Shown here piece after piece: positions 20,368-31,834 of a stretch of 64,000 bases of DNA (position 1 is its first letter; each line of letters begins with the position of its first letter). This DNA comes from an uncultured Actinomycetes bacterium (GTDB taxonomy: Bacteria > Actinomycetota > UBA4738 > HRBIN12): the NCBI GenBank assembly GCA_963704725.1, contig OY969934.1:3328001-3392000 (forward strand), read 5' to 3'. The notes beneath the pieces were generated by a model, which saw nothing but the letters and a program-made list of their open reading frames with translations, did no database searches and was not told the DNA's origin. Both the position numbers and the translations under genes were made by a program.

Positions 20368-21221
20368 CGGTCGAGGACCTCCTCGACGGCCTCCCGGCCA
20401 CCGGCCGGTAGCCGCCCCGAGCGCTCGGCGAGCTCGAGCGCGAGGTCGGCCAGCGCGACGTAGGACGCGACGGCGGCGGGCGCGTGCTCGGCGAGCGCCG
20501 TCAGGTTCCGCGCGACGGTGCGGGCGTCGCCCCGGACGGCCGGGCCGGTGAGCGCGTCCGCCGGTCCCACGCGGGCGACGTTCGCCAGGGTCGCCTCCTG
20601 GAGCGGGCCGAGCATCGCCGCCGGGTCCTGGACCCCGGCCGCGCCCTCGAGCTCGTGGGCGATCGCCGAGACCGTCACGAGGTAGTTGGACGCGAAGACC
20701 GCGGCGGCGTGGTACAGCGGCTTCATCTCGTCGGCGAGGCGGAACGGACGTCCCCCGGCCTCGAGGGCGAGACGCTCGCCGAGCTCGAGCCCCTCGGGCG
20801 CCTGGGAGCTGATCGCGAACCCCGACCCCGGGATCCGCTCGAGCGCGGCCTCGACGGTGGGGCACGTCTGGAGCGGGTGCAGGGCCAGCGTCGTCGCCCC
20901 GGCGGAGTGGGCGGCGGCCAGCGCATCGAGCCCCGTAGCGCCGGAGACGTGCGCCACGGCCACGCCCGGGCCGAGGACCCCTCCCCGGGCCAGCTCCTCG
21001 CACGCGGCGACGACCGCCGAATCGGGCGTCGCGATCACCACGACCCCCGCATCCCGCGCCGCCTCGGCGTTGCCCAGCACCGGGACCCCCGGCAGGTGCA
21101 CGGCGGCGCGTCCGCGCGTGGCCGCGCCACCCGACACGCCGACGATCCGGTGCCCGGCACGGCGCCACAGGACCGCGAGGGCGGTCCCCACGCGTCCCGC
21201 ACCGATCACCGCCAGATCCAC
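20358..21221 (-). CDS. Rossmann-like + DUF2520 protein (PanG-like ketopantoate reductase)
   Basis: IGAGRVG, HVSGA, LHPLQT, YHAAAVFASNY, LTGPAVRGD. Adjacent to panC. Confidence 0.88.
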   Translation of the reverse strand: MDLAVIGAGRVGTALAVLWRRAGHRIVGVSGGAATRGRAAVHLPGVPVLGNAEAARDAGVVVIATPDSAVVAACEELARGGVLGPGVAVAHVSGATGLDALAAAHSAGATTLALHPLQTCPTVEAALERIPGSGFAISSQAPEGLELGERLALEAGGRPFRLADEMKPLYHAAAVFASNYLVTVSAIAHELEGAAGVQDPAAMLGPLQEATLANVARVGPADALTGPAVRGDARTVARNLTALAEHAPAAVASYVALADLALELAERSGRLPAGGREAVEEVLDRWR

Positions 21222-21238
21222 GCGGCGCAGTATCCCGC

Positions 21239-22360
21239 TCAGGGAACCCAGACGACGGGGCCGACCGGCGGCGGCGCGCCGGGCGGAAGCCGGATCGGGA
21301 GCACCTCAGACCCCCTCACCTCCAGGATCCGACCCGGTCCCGCCGTGAACAGCCGGCCCTCGCCATCGAACGTGGCGTCGGAGAGCAGCGAGAACGGGGT
21401 GTTCGCGCGGGGTGGGACGGGGAAGGCCGTTCCCGCCGGCACGTCCACCACCCAGATCCCCTCGTCGTCCCCGAGCCGGCCGTCCACGGCCACGTACCGG
21501 CCGTCGAACGTGGTCGCAAGGACGCTCCCGGCCAGCTGCGAGCCGGTGACGATCGGCCGGAGGGCGCCGCCGCCCGGCCAGACCAGCAGGCGCGAACCAC
21601 GAGCCGCGATGAGCTGCACGCCGCTCGGTCCAAGCGCGACGACGCCCTGGAACAGCTCGTCGGCGCCGTCCGGGCGCAGGACGAACACCCGCCGCTGCCC
21701 CTCGCGGAGCACCGTGACGACCGGGTCCGGCCCGTAGAGCATCACGTTGGTCAGACGGCCGCAGGGCAGCTGCTCGAAACGGGCGCCGGCCGGCGTCGGG
21801 TAGATCTCGACCGTTCGCAGCCGGTACGACGGCTCCTCGCACCCCGGCGAACGCCCGGCGGCGGCGTCCGCCAGCAGCAGCGTGTTCCCGTCCGAGGAGA
21901 GCGCGACGAGGTCGGCACGTCCGATCTCGAGCGGTTCCGCGGTGGCCCCCAGGTCGGGGAAGAGGTAGGCGAAGGATCTGGGGCCGTGTCGCAACAGGAT
22001 CGGCCAGGCCCGCTGCGGACCCGCCGCCAGCAGCTCGTACGGCCCTCCGGCGTTCGGGAAGCGCGGGCCCTGGGACACGAAGCCCGTCGCCACGTCGAGC
22101 ACCCACAGCCGCTGGCGGTCGGGCCGGCCGGGCTCGTCGGCGACGTAGACCAGTCGTCCCGACAGCCCGGCGAATGTCATCGGCGGCGACGGGTCGCCGA
22201 GCGAGCCGGTCGGGCCGATCGCACCCGTCACCGGGCCGTCCGTGGCGAGCAGCCCGGACACGAGCGGGAGCGCGGCGAGCAGGGCGAGGCCCAGCCCACC
22301 CGCGATCAGCGCCCGCCCCCGACGGGCCCGACCCTCGACGAGCTCGTCGCCCTCGCTCAT
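21239..22360 (-). CDS. hypothetical membrane-anchored beta-propeller-like protein
   Basis: One N-terminal TM, then repeated beta-rich blades (LWVLDVATG, LSSDGNTLLL, TTFDGRYVAV, IWVVDVPAG). Coupled to folK. Confidence 0.7.
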   Translation of the reverse strand: MSEGDELVEGRARRGRALIAGGLGLALLAALPLVSGLLATDGPVTGAIGPTGSLGDPSPPMTFAGLSGRLVYVADEPGRPDRQRLWVLDVATGFVSQGPRFPNAGGPYELLAAGPQRAWPILLRHGPRSFAYLFPDLGATAEPLEIGRADLVALSSDGNTLLLADAAAGRSPGCEEPSYRLRTVEIYPTPAGARFEQLPCGRLTNVMLYGPDPVVTVLREGQRRVFVLRPDGADELFQGVVALGPSGVQLIAARGSRLLVWPGGGALRPIVTGSQLAGSVLATTFDGRYVAVDGRLGDDEGIWVVDVPAGTAFPVPPRANTPFSLLSDATFDGEGRLFTAGPGRILEVRGSEVLPIRLPPGAPPPVGPVVWVP

Positions 22361-22860
22361 CGTCGGGTTCGGAGCGGCGGCGCGAAGGGCACCACGCCGA
22401 GCACCGCCCCCGGCGAGAGCCGGAGCGTCGAGAGCGACCGTCCGCCCGGCAGCATCGGGTCCGCGTCGAGCTCACGCAGGGGAATCAGGACGAACCCACG
22501 CTCGTGCATGCGGGGATGCGGGATCGTCAGGTCCGGCTCGTCCACCTGGAGATCGTCGTACGTGAGGACGTCGACGTCGAGGGAGCGCGGGCCCCATCGC
22601 TCGGCACGAACCCGGCCGAGCTCTGCCTCGACGGCCAGGCAGGCCTCGAGGAGGGCGCGTGGCTCGAGGTCGGTGCGCACCTCGAGCACGGCGTTCAGGT
22701 AGGCGGGCTGCGGCGGGCCGACCGGCTCGGTCTCGTACACGCGGGAGGACCGGATCACCTCGATCCCGGGGCGGGCATCCAGGACCCGGGCGGCCCGACG
22801 GAGCGTCTCGAGCCGATCGCCGAGGTTCGAGCCCAGCGCGAGGTAGGCCGCGACGGCCAT
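22357..22860 (-). CDS. folK: 2-amino-4-hydroxy-6-hydroxymethyldihydropteridine diphosphokinase
   Basis: AYLALGSNLGDR, YETEP, YLNAV, RWGPRSLDVDVL, IPHPRMHERGFVL. Confidence 0.95.
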   Translation of the reverse strand: MAVAAYLALGSNLGDRLETLRRAARVLDARPGIEVIRSSRVYETEPVGPPQPAYLNAVLEVRTDLEPRALLEACLAVEAELGRVRAERWGPRSLDVDVLTYDDLQVDEPDLTIPHPRMHERGFVLIPLRELDADPMLPGGRSLSTLRLSPGAVLGVVPFAPPLRTRR

Positions 22861-22870
22861 CGGCCGGCGC

Positions 22871-23227
22871 TCAGCCGCCGCGCTCGACGGTCGCCGCGGC
22901 GGCGACGCCCTGCACGTCGCTCGAGGCAGCGGCGGCCGGCTTGTGCACGATCGCCGTCGCGCGGACAACGCCCTCTGAGGCCACCACGGCGCGAGCCACG
23001 GCGGCCGCGAGGCTCTCGAGCAGGTCGAACCGCTCGCCCTCCACCGTGGCTCGCGCCGCGGCGATCAGGCGCCGGTAGTCGGCCGCCCGGGACAGGTCGT
23101 CGCCCGAGACGTCGACCTCCACGTCCAGATCCACGACGAACGCCTGCGCCCGGTCCTGCTCGCCGGGGTTCGCGCCGTGGTGCCCCTCGGCGCCGATCCC
23201 CGTCAGGAACAACCGTGACGAGCTCAC
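22871..23227 (-). CDS. folB: dihydroneopterin aldolase
   Basis: GHHGANPGEQ...QAFVVDL...ADY...FDLLESLA...HKPAA. GTG start at 23227. Confidence 0.9.
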   Translation of the reverse strand: MSSSRLFLTGIGAEGHHGANPGEQDRAQAFVVDLDVEVDVSGDDLSRAADYRRLIAAARATVEGERFDLLESLAAAVARAVVASEGVVRATAIVHKPAAAASSDVQGVAAAATVERGG

Positions 23228-24120
23228 TCCTCCTCGCCTCCCTCTCCGGGCGGGCGGCGACCGAGGTACACGGTCACCGGGCCCGTCTCGTGCCGGTGCT
23301 CCACCTTCAGGTACTGGGAGCGGAGCCATTGGAAGATCAGCGGCGCGACGGTCTCGGGGGCGTCCTCGAGCAGGAAGTGCCCGCACCCCGGCAGGAGCGC
23401 GACCGAGGCGCGATCGATCGCGTCGCCGAGCCGTTCGGCCAGGCCGGATGAGACGAACGCGTCGTCCTCGCCCCACAGCACGAACACCGGGATCTCGGCC
23501 CGGGCCATCGACGCCTCGGCATCTCGCAACTCCGGCTCGCCCTCGGCCGACGCCGCCCGGACGAACGCCGCGGCGCCGTCCTCGCCCCGGAAGGGCCGGA
23601 GGTACTCGTCGAGCTCCGCCTCCGAGAGCCGCTCCCGGTGCGACATGCCGCGGTCGAACAGACGCCTCATCAGGGCCTCCACCTGCGCCCGCCCGGTCCC
23701 CGGACCGACGTCGCCGGCGAAGGGCCGGGGCCAGGCCTCGAAGGCGAACGCGTCGACGAGCACGAGCCCCTCGACCGGCCGGGCGACGGCCAGACGCATG
23801 GCGACCGCGGCGCCGGCGCCGTGGCCGGCCGCCGCAACGCGCTCGATCTCCAGACGTTCCAGGAGCTCCGCGACGGCATCCACCCGCCCGCCGAGCGACA
23901 GTCCGGCCTCCGCGAACGCCCCGGAGTCGCCGTGCCCGGGCAGATCGGGCGCGACCACGCGGAACCACGGCGAGAGCAGCGGGACGAGCTGCCGCCACAG
24001 GAAGGACGAGGTCAGGTCGCCGTGGAGCAGGAGGACGGCCGGCGTCTCGGGATCGCCGGCGTCCACGAACGCGAGCTCCCCTGCCGAGACCCCGACGCGG
24101 CGCTTCTCGGTCCCGCTCAC
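23224..24120 (-). CDS. alpha/beta hydrolase fold protein (nucleophile elbow reads GHGAG)
   Basis: VLLLHG, VVAPDLPGHGDS, VLWGEDD, GHFLLED. GTGA-coupled to both folP and folB. Confidence 0.85.
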   Translation of the reverse strand: MSGTEKRRVGVSAGELAFVDAGDPETPAVLLLHGDLTSSFLWRQLVPLLSPWFRVVAPDLPGHGDSGAFAEAGLSLGGRVDAVAELLERLEIERVAAAGHGAGAAVAMRLAVARPVEGLVLVDAFAFEAWPRPFAGDVGPGTGRAQVEALMRRLFDRGMSHRERLSEAELDEYLRPFRGEDGAAAFVRAASAEGEPELRDAEASMARAEIPVFVLWGEDDAFVSSGLAERLGDAIDRASVALLPGCGHFLLEDAPETVAPLIFQWLRSQYLKVEHRHETGPVTVYLGRRPPGEGGEEE

Positions 24121-24974
24121 GCCCCGGATCCGGCGATCGCGTCGAGCACCCTGACGGCGCGTACGACCTCGCGGACGTCGTGCACGCGGACGATGTTCGC
24201 GCCGTGGTCGACGGCCCACGCCACCGCGGCGATCGTCCCCTCGACGCGCTGGTCCTCGGGCAGATCGAGGATCGTCCCGAGGAACCGCTTCCGTGACGGC
24301 CCCACCAGCACCGGCCGGCCGAGGCCGACGATGGCGTCGATCCGTCGCAGCAGCTCGAGGTTGTGCCGGAGGTCCTTGCCGAATCCGATCCCCGGATCGA
24401 CCACGATCCGCTCCGGATCGATCCCTGCCAGCTCCGCCGCCTCGACCCGCCCGCGCAGATACTCGCGGACCTCGCCGACCACGTCGTCGTAGGCGGGAGC
24501 CTCCTGCATCGTCTTCGGCTCGCCCTTCATGTGCATCAGGACGAGCGCCGCCCCGCGCTCGCGCACCAGCTCGAACATCGCCGGGTCCGAGCCGGAGGAG
24601 ACGTCGTTCACGATGGTGGCGCCCGCGTCGAGTGCGGCGGCCGCGACCGAGGCCTTTCGCGTGTCGATCGAGATGGGCATGTCGGGGAGGCGCTCCGCGA
24701 GCCGGGCGATGACGGGGACGACCCGGGCGGCCTCCTGGTCGGCCGTCACGGGGTCCGAGCCGGGCCTGGTCGACTCGCCGCCGACGTCGACGACGTCGGC
24801 TCCGCCGTCCGCGAGCTCCACCCCGTGGTGCAGCGCGTCCTCGACTCCGAGGAACCGGCCGCCGTCCGAGAAGGAGTCGGGCGTGACGTTCAGGACCCCC
24901 ATGACGACCGTGCGGCTGGAGCAGTCGAACGCCCCATCGCCGACGCACCACCGCAACGGCGCCATGCGCGCCAT
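24117..24974 (-). CDS. folP: dihydropteroate synthase
   Basis: MGVLNVTPDSFSDGG, DVGGESTRPG, SIDT, DPGIGFGK, GPSRKRF, RVHDV. Confidence 0.97.
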   Translation of the reverse strand: MARMAPLRWCVGDGAFDCSSRTVVMGVLNVTPDSFSDGGRFLGVEDALHHGVELADGGADVVDVGGESTRPGSDPVTADQEAARVVPVIARLAERLPDMPISIDTRKASVAAAALDAGATIVNDVSSGSDPAMFELVRERGAALVLMHMKGEPKTMQEAPAYDDVVGEVREYLRGRVEAAELAGIDPERIVVDPGIGFGKDLRHNLELLRRIDAIVGLGRPVLVGPSRKRFLGTILDLPEDQRVEGTIAAVAWAVDHGANIVRVHDVREVVRAVRVLDAIAGSGA

Positions 24975-24987
24975 CGTATCGGCGGAC

Positions 24988-25398
24988 TCAGGCCACCGTG
25001 AACGTGGTGTGCATGCCGAGCGCGTAGTGACCGGGCAGGTTGCAGATCACGGCGTAGGTGCCGGGCTCGAGATCGAGGGTCAGCGTCGCCGAGGTCCCGG
25101 GAGCGAGGTCCTCGACCTCGTCGACGGGGTCGAGCAGGTCGTCGGCCGGCACCGTCGTCCCCTCCGCGGGAAGCGCGTTCGCGTCGACGCCCTCCGGCAC
25201 GCGCAGGATCTCGAACTCGTGGGTCACGGTCCCCTCGTTCGTCCCTTCGAAGGTGTGCTCGCCCGCCGGGAGCGAGCCGTCTGACACCGTGATCCCGTCA
25301 TCTCGGACCGTCACCGAGACGTCCGCATCGGCTCCGCTGCAGGCGGCGGCCACCAGACCCAGCCCGACGAGCGCCGGCGCGAACGATCGAGCCCTCAT
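24988..25398 (-). CDS. cupredoxin (sulfocyanin/azurin-like) lipoprotein
   Basis: Lipobox LVAAAC. Type-1 copper ligands HEF...CNLPGHYALGM. Confidence 0.8.
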   Translation of the reverse strand: MRARSFAPALVGLGLVAAACSGADADVSVTVRDDGITVSDGSLPAGEHTFEGTNEGTVTHEFEILRVPEGVDANALPAEGTTVPADDLLDPVDEVEDLAPGTSATLTLDLEPGTYAVICNLPGHYALGMHTTFTVA

Positions 25399-25423
25399 CC
25401 CGCCTCCTCGAGATCGGCGAACG

Positions 25424-26260
25424 TCAGGCCACGACGGGTGCCGGTTGCATCCGTCGCGGCCGCTGCGGCCACAGGACGAACAGACCCATGGGGATCGCGT
25501 ACACGAGCCAGACGACGACCTCGGCCACGGTCGGAACGGGCTGGAGGCCGAGCATCCCGGTCAGCAGCGACGCGCGCACGGATCCGGGGCTGACGAGCCA
25601 GGAGATGTCGAGCGCCGTTCCCTGGCCCACGGAGACGGCACCGGCTTCGGCCAGGGAGTGGACCGCGGTGGCGAGGAGCCCCGCCGCCACCAGCACGAGG
25701 ACGAACCCGGTGATGCGGAAGAACCGAGACAGGTTGATCCGGACCCCGCCCTTGTAGATCGCGTACCCGAGCCCGATCGCCACCACCACGCCGAGCGTCG
25801 CACCGGTGCCCGTAGCGGCCGGGCTCGAGGAGCTCTGGAAGGCGGCGAGCATGAAGATCGCCGTCTCGAGACCCTCCCGCAGGACCGCGAGGAACGCCAT
25901 CCCGGCCAGCGCGAGCGCCGATCCGACGACGAGCGCCCGCTGCGCGTGGTCCTCGAGCCGCCCCTTCAGCTCGCGGGAGTGGCGGCGCATCCACACGACC
26001 ATGTAGGTGACGCCGGCCACGGCGACGAGCGCGAGCGTCCCCTCCATAGCCTCTCGCTGCTTCAGCGGGAGCGACTCACCGATCACCCGGAGCGCGACCG
26101 CCACCGAGACGCAGATGGCGAGGGCCACCCCCACCCCGATCCACATCGGCCGGAGCGCGCGCCGCTCGCCGCGCTGCATGAGGAACGCCGCGATGATCCC
26201 GACGATGAGCGAGGCCTCGATCCCCTCTCGAAGCCCGATCACGAACGTTGGGAGCAGCAT
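25424..26260 (-). CDS. efeU: FTR1/EfeU family iron permease
   Basis: Two RExxE motifs (LREGIEA, LREGLET) and multiple TM helices. Confidence 0.9.
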   Translation of the reverse strand: MLLPTFVIGLREGIEASLIVGIIAAFLMQRGERRALRPMWIGVGVALAICVSVAVALRVIGESLPLKQREAMEGTLALVAVAGVTYMVVWMRRHSRELKGRLEDHAQRALVVGSALALAGMAFLAVLREGLETAIFMLAAFQSSSSPAATGTGATLGVVVAIGLGYAIYKGGVRINLSRFFRITGFVLVLVAAGLLATAVHSLAEAGAVSVGQGTALDISWLVSPGSVRASLLTGMLGLQPVPTVAEVVVWLVYAIPMGLFVLWPQRPRRMQPAPVVA

Positions 26261-26305
26261 CCCGTTCCCTCCTGCCGAACCCTTCCGGCGCCGTCGCCAA
26301 CCCGA

Positions 26306-26335
26306 ATCCTACTCAAGCGATCGGATTCCAGTCAA
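26306..26335 (-). promoter_or_regulatory. housekeeping-sigma promoter of the FTR1 gene
   Basis: TTGACT-N18-TAGGAT on the minus strand. A perfect palindrome TCGTTCGGTACCGAACGA lies just upstream (26338-26355). Confidence 0.6.
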
Positions 26336-26430
26336 TCTCGTTCGGTACCGAACGATGTGCTCTGACCTGCGGGAATGAAGCTCGCGTCGCGAAACCCCCG
26401 GATTAGACCCCTCTAAGCGAGAGGACCCGG

Positions 26431-27000
26431 CTACCTGCCGATGAGGCTGATGGCCTCCTGGCGGGTGCGCTCGTCCGAGCGGAAGAGCCCGCGCACGGCC
26501 GAGGTCACCGTCCGCGAGCCGGGCTTCTTGACGCCGCGCATCGTCATGCACAGATGCTCGGCATCGATGACGACGAAGACGCCTCGCGGCTGCAGCGTCT
26601 GGTCGAGCACGTCGGCGATCTGCGTGGTGAGCCGCTCCTGGACCTGCAACCGCTTGGCGAGGACGTCGACCACGCGGGCGATCTTGGACAGGCCCGTGAT
26701 GCGCCCGTCCTTGTTCGGGATGTAGGCGACGTGCGCCTTGCCGTTGAACGGGAGCATGTGGTGCTCGCACAGCGCCGTGAGCGGGATGTCCTTGACCATG
26801 ATCATCTCGTCGAAGTCCGCGCCGGGCACCACGGTAACGATCGGCGTGGGATCGACGCCGATGCCGGCGAGGATCTCCTCGTACATATCGGCAACGCGCC
26901 GCGGCGTGTCCCGGACGCCGTCGCGATCGGGGTCGTCGCCGACGCCCTCCAGGATGAGCCGGACGGCCTGCTCGATCTTGTCCCGGTCGATCGCCGCCAC
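26431..27000 (-). CDS. folE: GTP cyclohydrolase I
   Basis: [52 protein letters not shown]. Confidence 0.96.
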   Translation of the reverse strand: MAAIDRDKIEQAVRLILEGVGDDPDRDGVRDTPRRVADMYEEILAGIGVDPTPIVTVVPGADFDEMIMVKDIPLTALCEHHMLPFNGKAHVAYIPNKDGRITGLSKIARVVDVLAKRLQVQERLTTQIADVLDQTLQPRGVFVVIDAEHLCMTMRGVKKPGSRTVTSAVRGLFRSDERTRQEAISLIGR

Positions 27001-27002
27001 GG

Positions 27003-27662
27003 CTACACCGGCACCAGGGCGTCGAGGGTCTCGGGCAGCTCGCCCAGGTCCGGCAGCTCGGCCACGCGGGGGGCGTCCGAGACCTCGTGCAGACGGTTGA
27101 TCCACACGGCACGCAGGCCGAGCTCCGCCGCCGGGCGCAGGTCGTGGAACGGCGACGCCCCGACGTGCACGTGCCCAGACCTGTCGGCCCCGGTGTCGGC
27201 GAAGAACCGCTCCCAGTGGCCGGGCGCCGGCTTGTAGGAGCCGGCCTCCGCGGCGGTGACGCGCAGGTCCACCGCAACGCCGATCAACCCGAGCGACGCG
27301 TCCAGCAGATCGGGGTCGGTGTTCGACAAGATGGCGATCCGCCATCCACGCGATCGCAGCTCGCCGAGCGATCCGGGAACCTCGGGGAACGGCGCCCACG
27401 AGGGAAGGGAGTCGGCCAGCGCGGCGCGCTCGTCCCCCGCGAGCTCGAGTCCCTCCCGGTGCGCGACCCGCTCCAGGGTCTCGGTCAGCACCTGGCGGTA
27501 CGAGATGGAGCGCCCGTGCTGCACCTCGGGCTCGATCTCGTGGTACCGGTCCAGCAGCAGCTCGGCGTCGTGCTCGGGCCACAGGTCGGCCAGCGTGTCG
27601 CGGATGCCGCCCAGCCAGTCGATGAGCGTGCCGTAGCAGTCGAACGTCGCCCAGCGATCCAC
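27003..27662 (-). CDS. HAD-superfamily hydrolase (haloacid dehalogenase type II-like)
   Basis: [32 protein letters not shown]. Confidence 0.88.
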   Translation of the reverse strand: MDRWATFDCYGTLIDWLGGIRDTLADLWPEHDAELLLDRYHEIEPEVQHGRSISYRQVLTETLERVAHREGLELAGDERAALADSLPSWAPFPEVPGSLGELRSRGWRIAILSNTDPDLLDASLGLIGVAVDLRVTAAEAGSYKPAPGHWERFFADTGADRSGHVHVGASPFHDLRPAAELGLRAVWINRLHEVSDAPRVAELPDLGELPETLDALVPV

Positions 27663-27672
27663 GGCGGGAAGG

Positions 27673-29613
<1,941 letters not shown>

Positions 29614-29727
29614 GGCTCGTGCTCCTTCCGTGTGATTGAGCCGCGAAGACGCTTCGGGGCCCGAGCGCCCGCGGGCGGCTCGAAGCCCTGCGCGATGGTA
29701 GCACCCTGATGGTGATCTGCCGAGGCG

Positions 29728-30144
29728 TCAGCCGCCGCCGCCGACGGGAGCCCGGATCCCCGTGTCGAGCATGACGATGGCCTCCACCTCGCCCCCGGCC
29801 GGCACCCGGACACGCATAGGCGGTGAGTACATGCCCGGCCCCTCGGGCTCGACGACGGACTGCAAGAGGTAGTCGCCGGCGGCGAGCTCCATCCGGAACG
29901 TTCCGTCCTCGGCCGAGATCGCCTCCGCGGACACGAGCCCGCCCTGCAGAGCCTGGACCCTCACGCCGCCGACCGGGCGGTCGGGGCAGGGGCTCTCCTC
30001 GCGCTCGACGGGGCAGGTGGGACCGGCCAGGACCGTCCCGAGGACCGTGCCGCCATCCTGCGAGGCGCCGCTGCCGTCACGCTCCGCGCACGCGGACATG
30101 AGCACCAGGAGCGCGAGGAGCGCGACGGCGAGGTGCCGCTTCAC
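29728..30144 (-). CDS. lipoprotein with carboxypeptidase-regulatory-like beta domain
   Basis: Lipobox LMSAC, GTVLAGPTCPVE...PCPDRP, DGTFRMEL, DTGIR. Confidence 0.75.
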   Translation of the reverse strand: MKRHLAVALLALLVLMSACAERDGSGASQDGGTVLGTVLAGPTCPVEREESPCPDRPVGGVRVQALQGGLVSAEAISAEDGTFRMELAAGDYLLQSVVEPEGPGMYSPPMRVRVPAGGEVEAIVMLDTGIRAPVGGGG

Positions 30145-30185
30145 GAGGCTTGGACGGGAAGGCCCCACCACCCCGTTCCCCACGA

Positions 30186-30803
30186 TCAGGCGTTCGCGTA
30201 CGCCTCCGGCTTCAGCGTGGCGATGTACGGGAGGTTCCGGAACTTCTCCGCGAAGTCGAGGCCGTACCCGACGACGAAGTCCGGCGGGATGTCGAAGCCC
30301 ACGTACCGGACGTCGAGGTGCACCCGCTGGATCCCCGTCTTCTTCAGCAGGGCGCAGACCTCCAGGCTCAGCGGGCGGCGGCCGCGGAGGTTCTTCAGGA
30401 GGTAGTTCAGGGTCAGTCCCGAGTCGACGATGTCCTCGACGAGCAGCACGTCGCGGCCCTCGAGATCGTGGTCGAGGTCCTTGAGGATCCGAACGACCCC
30501 GGAGGTCTTCGTCGCCGCGCCGTACGACGCCACGGCCATGAAGTCGGTCTCGCAGGGGAGGCGGATGTGCCGGGCGAGGTCCGCCATCACGACGAACGCG
30601 CCCTTCAGGACCCCGATCAGCAGGAGGTCCTTGCCCGCGTAGTCCTCGGTGATCTGCTCGCCGAGCTCGCGCAGCTTCCGCTGGATCTCCGACTCGGTGA
30701 TCAGGACCCGCTCGATGTCGCGCTCGTACGCCTCGGCGTGCGGCGCTACCTCGGGCACGATGACTGCGTCCTCGACGTCGGACAGCGCAACCAGGCCTTC
30801 CAT
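30186..30803 (-). CDS. hpt: hypoxanthine phosphoribosyltransferase
   Basis: IGVLKGA, VASYG, VLLVEDIVDSGLTL, FVVGYGLD..EKFRNLP. Exact start uncertain. Confidence 0.96.
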   Translation of the reverse strand: MEGLVALSDVEDAVIVPEVAPHAEAYERDIERVLITESEIQRKLRELGEQITEDYAGKDLLLIGVLKGAFVVMADLARHIRLPCETDFMAVASYGAATKTSGVVRILKDLDHDLEGRDVLLVEDIVDSGLTLNYLLKNLRGRRPLSLEVCALLKKTGIQRVHLDVRYVGFDIPPDFVVGYGLDFAEKFRNLPYIATLKPEAYANA

Positions 30804-30814
30804 CTCGCCCCCCT

Positions 30815-31834
30815 TCACACCCGGCTCTCGGGGGAAGTGCGAGAGCACCAAACGTACACCCGGTCGCGGCTCGCCTTCAATCCGGACCCCAGGTCGCGAC
30901 GCCGTCCCGGACGGCCGGCGGCCAGATCCAGGACCGCCTCGATCGCCTCGCGGCTCCACGGCGCCACATCCTCGGGGGCCGCGATCCCCCGCAGCGCCAG
31001 GCGGACGACGCGGGAGGCGATCGGCCTGGGGAGGGATCCCAGCGCGACGGCGTCGAACGCGACGCCGTCTCCGGCGGTGGATGCGACGCGGGGCATGGCG
31101 TCGGTCGCCGCGGAGAAGAGCTCGTCCCGATCCTGTTGCAGCAACTCCGCCGTCCGCGCGAGCGGCCGCCGGACCTCCCGCCCGGTGGCGCGCTCGATCG
31201 CCGGCAGGACCTGCAAGCGGACGGCGTTGCGAAGGAGCCGAACGTCGCCGTTCGTCGGGTCCCGGCGGGGCCGCAGGCCCAGCGCCCGGCAGAACGCCTC
31301 CACCTCGGCGCGATCCACACCGATCAGCGGTTGCACCGTGCCCGAACGTCGATCGCCCGGCCAGATGCCGGCGACCGACTCGAGCCCGCCCCCCCGGATC
31401 AGGCTCATGAGCACGGTCTCGGCCTGGTCGTCGAGCGTGTGACCCTCAGCCACCACGGCCGCGCCGACGTGGTCGCGGACCTCGTTCGCCGCGGCACCAC
31501 GGCGGGCCGTGGCCCACGCTTCCACCGACTCACCCCGGCCCGGCGCGTCCTCGGCGACCCGGATGTGGGTTCGGAGCGCCAGCCGTCCGGCGCTTCGACG
31601 GACGTACTCGGCATCGCCCCGCGAGCCGGTGCGCAGACGGTGGTCGAAGTGGAAGACCTCCAATCGGATGCGGAACAGGCGTCGGAGGCGCCACAGGGAG
31701 TCCAGGAGGCACATCGAGTCGGGACCGCCCGAGACGCAGGCCAGGACGGTGTCGCCCGGGAGGAACATGTCGTGCTCGCGGGCCGTCCTCGTCACCCGCT
31801 CGAGGACGCGGGCGACGGCCGGCGGGCGGCGCAT
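30815..31834 (-). CDS. tilS: tRNA(Ile)-lysidine synthetase
   Basis: PP-loop VSGGPDSMCL, HFDHRLR, GHTLDDQAETVL, DPTN..RNAVR. Confidence 0.94.
   Translation of the reverse strand: MRRPPAVARVLERVTRTAREHDMFLPGDTVLACVSGGPDSMCLLDSLWRLRRLFRIRLEVFHFDHRLRTGSRGDAEYVRRSAGRLALRTHIRVAEDAPGRGESVEAWATARRGAAANEVRDHVGAAVVAEGHTLDDQAETVLMSLIRGGGLESVAGIWPGDRRSGTVQPLIGVDRAEVEAFCRALGLRPRRDPTNGDVRLLRNAVRLQVLPAIERATGREVRRPLARTAELLQQDRDELFSAATDAMPRVASTAGDGVAFDAVALGSLPRPIASRVVRLALRGIAAPEDVAPWSREAIEAVLDLAAGRPGRRRDLGSGLKASRDRVYVWCSRTSPESRV

Noticed and set aside
19455-21221. Absence of panB/panD from the pan cluster
   Set aside because: These genes are often elsewhere; cannot be judged from one window.
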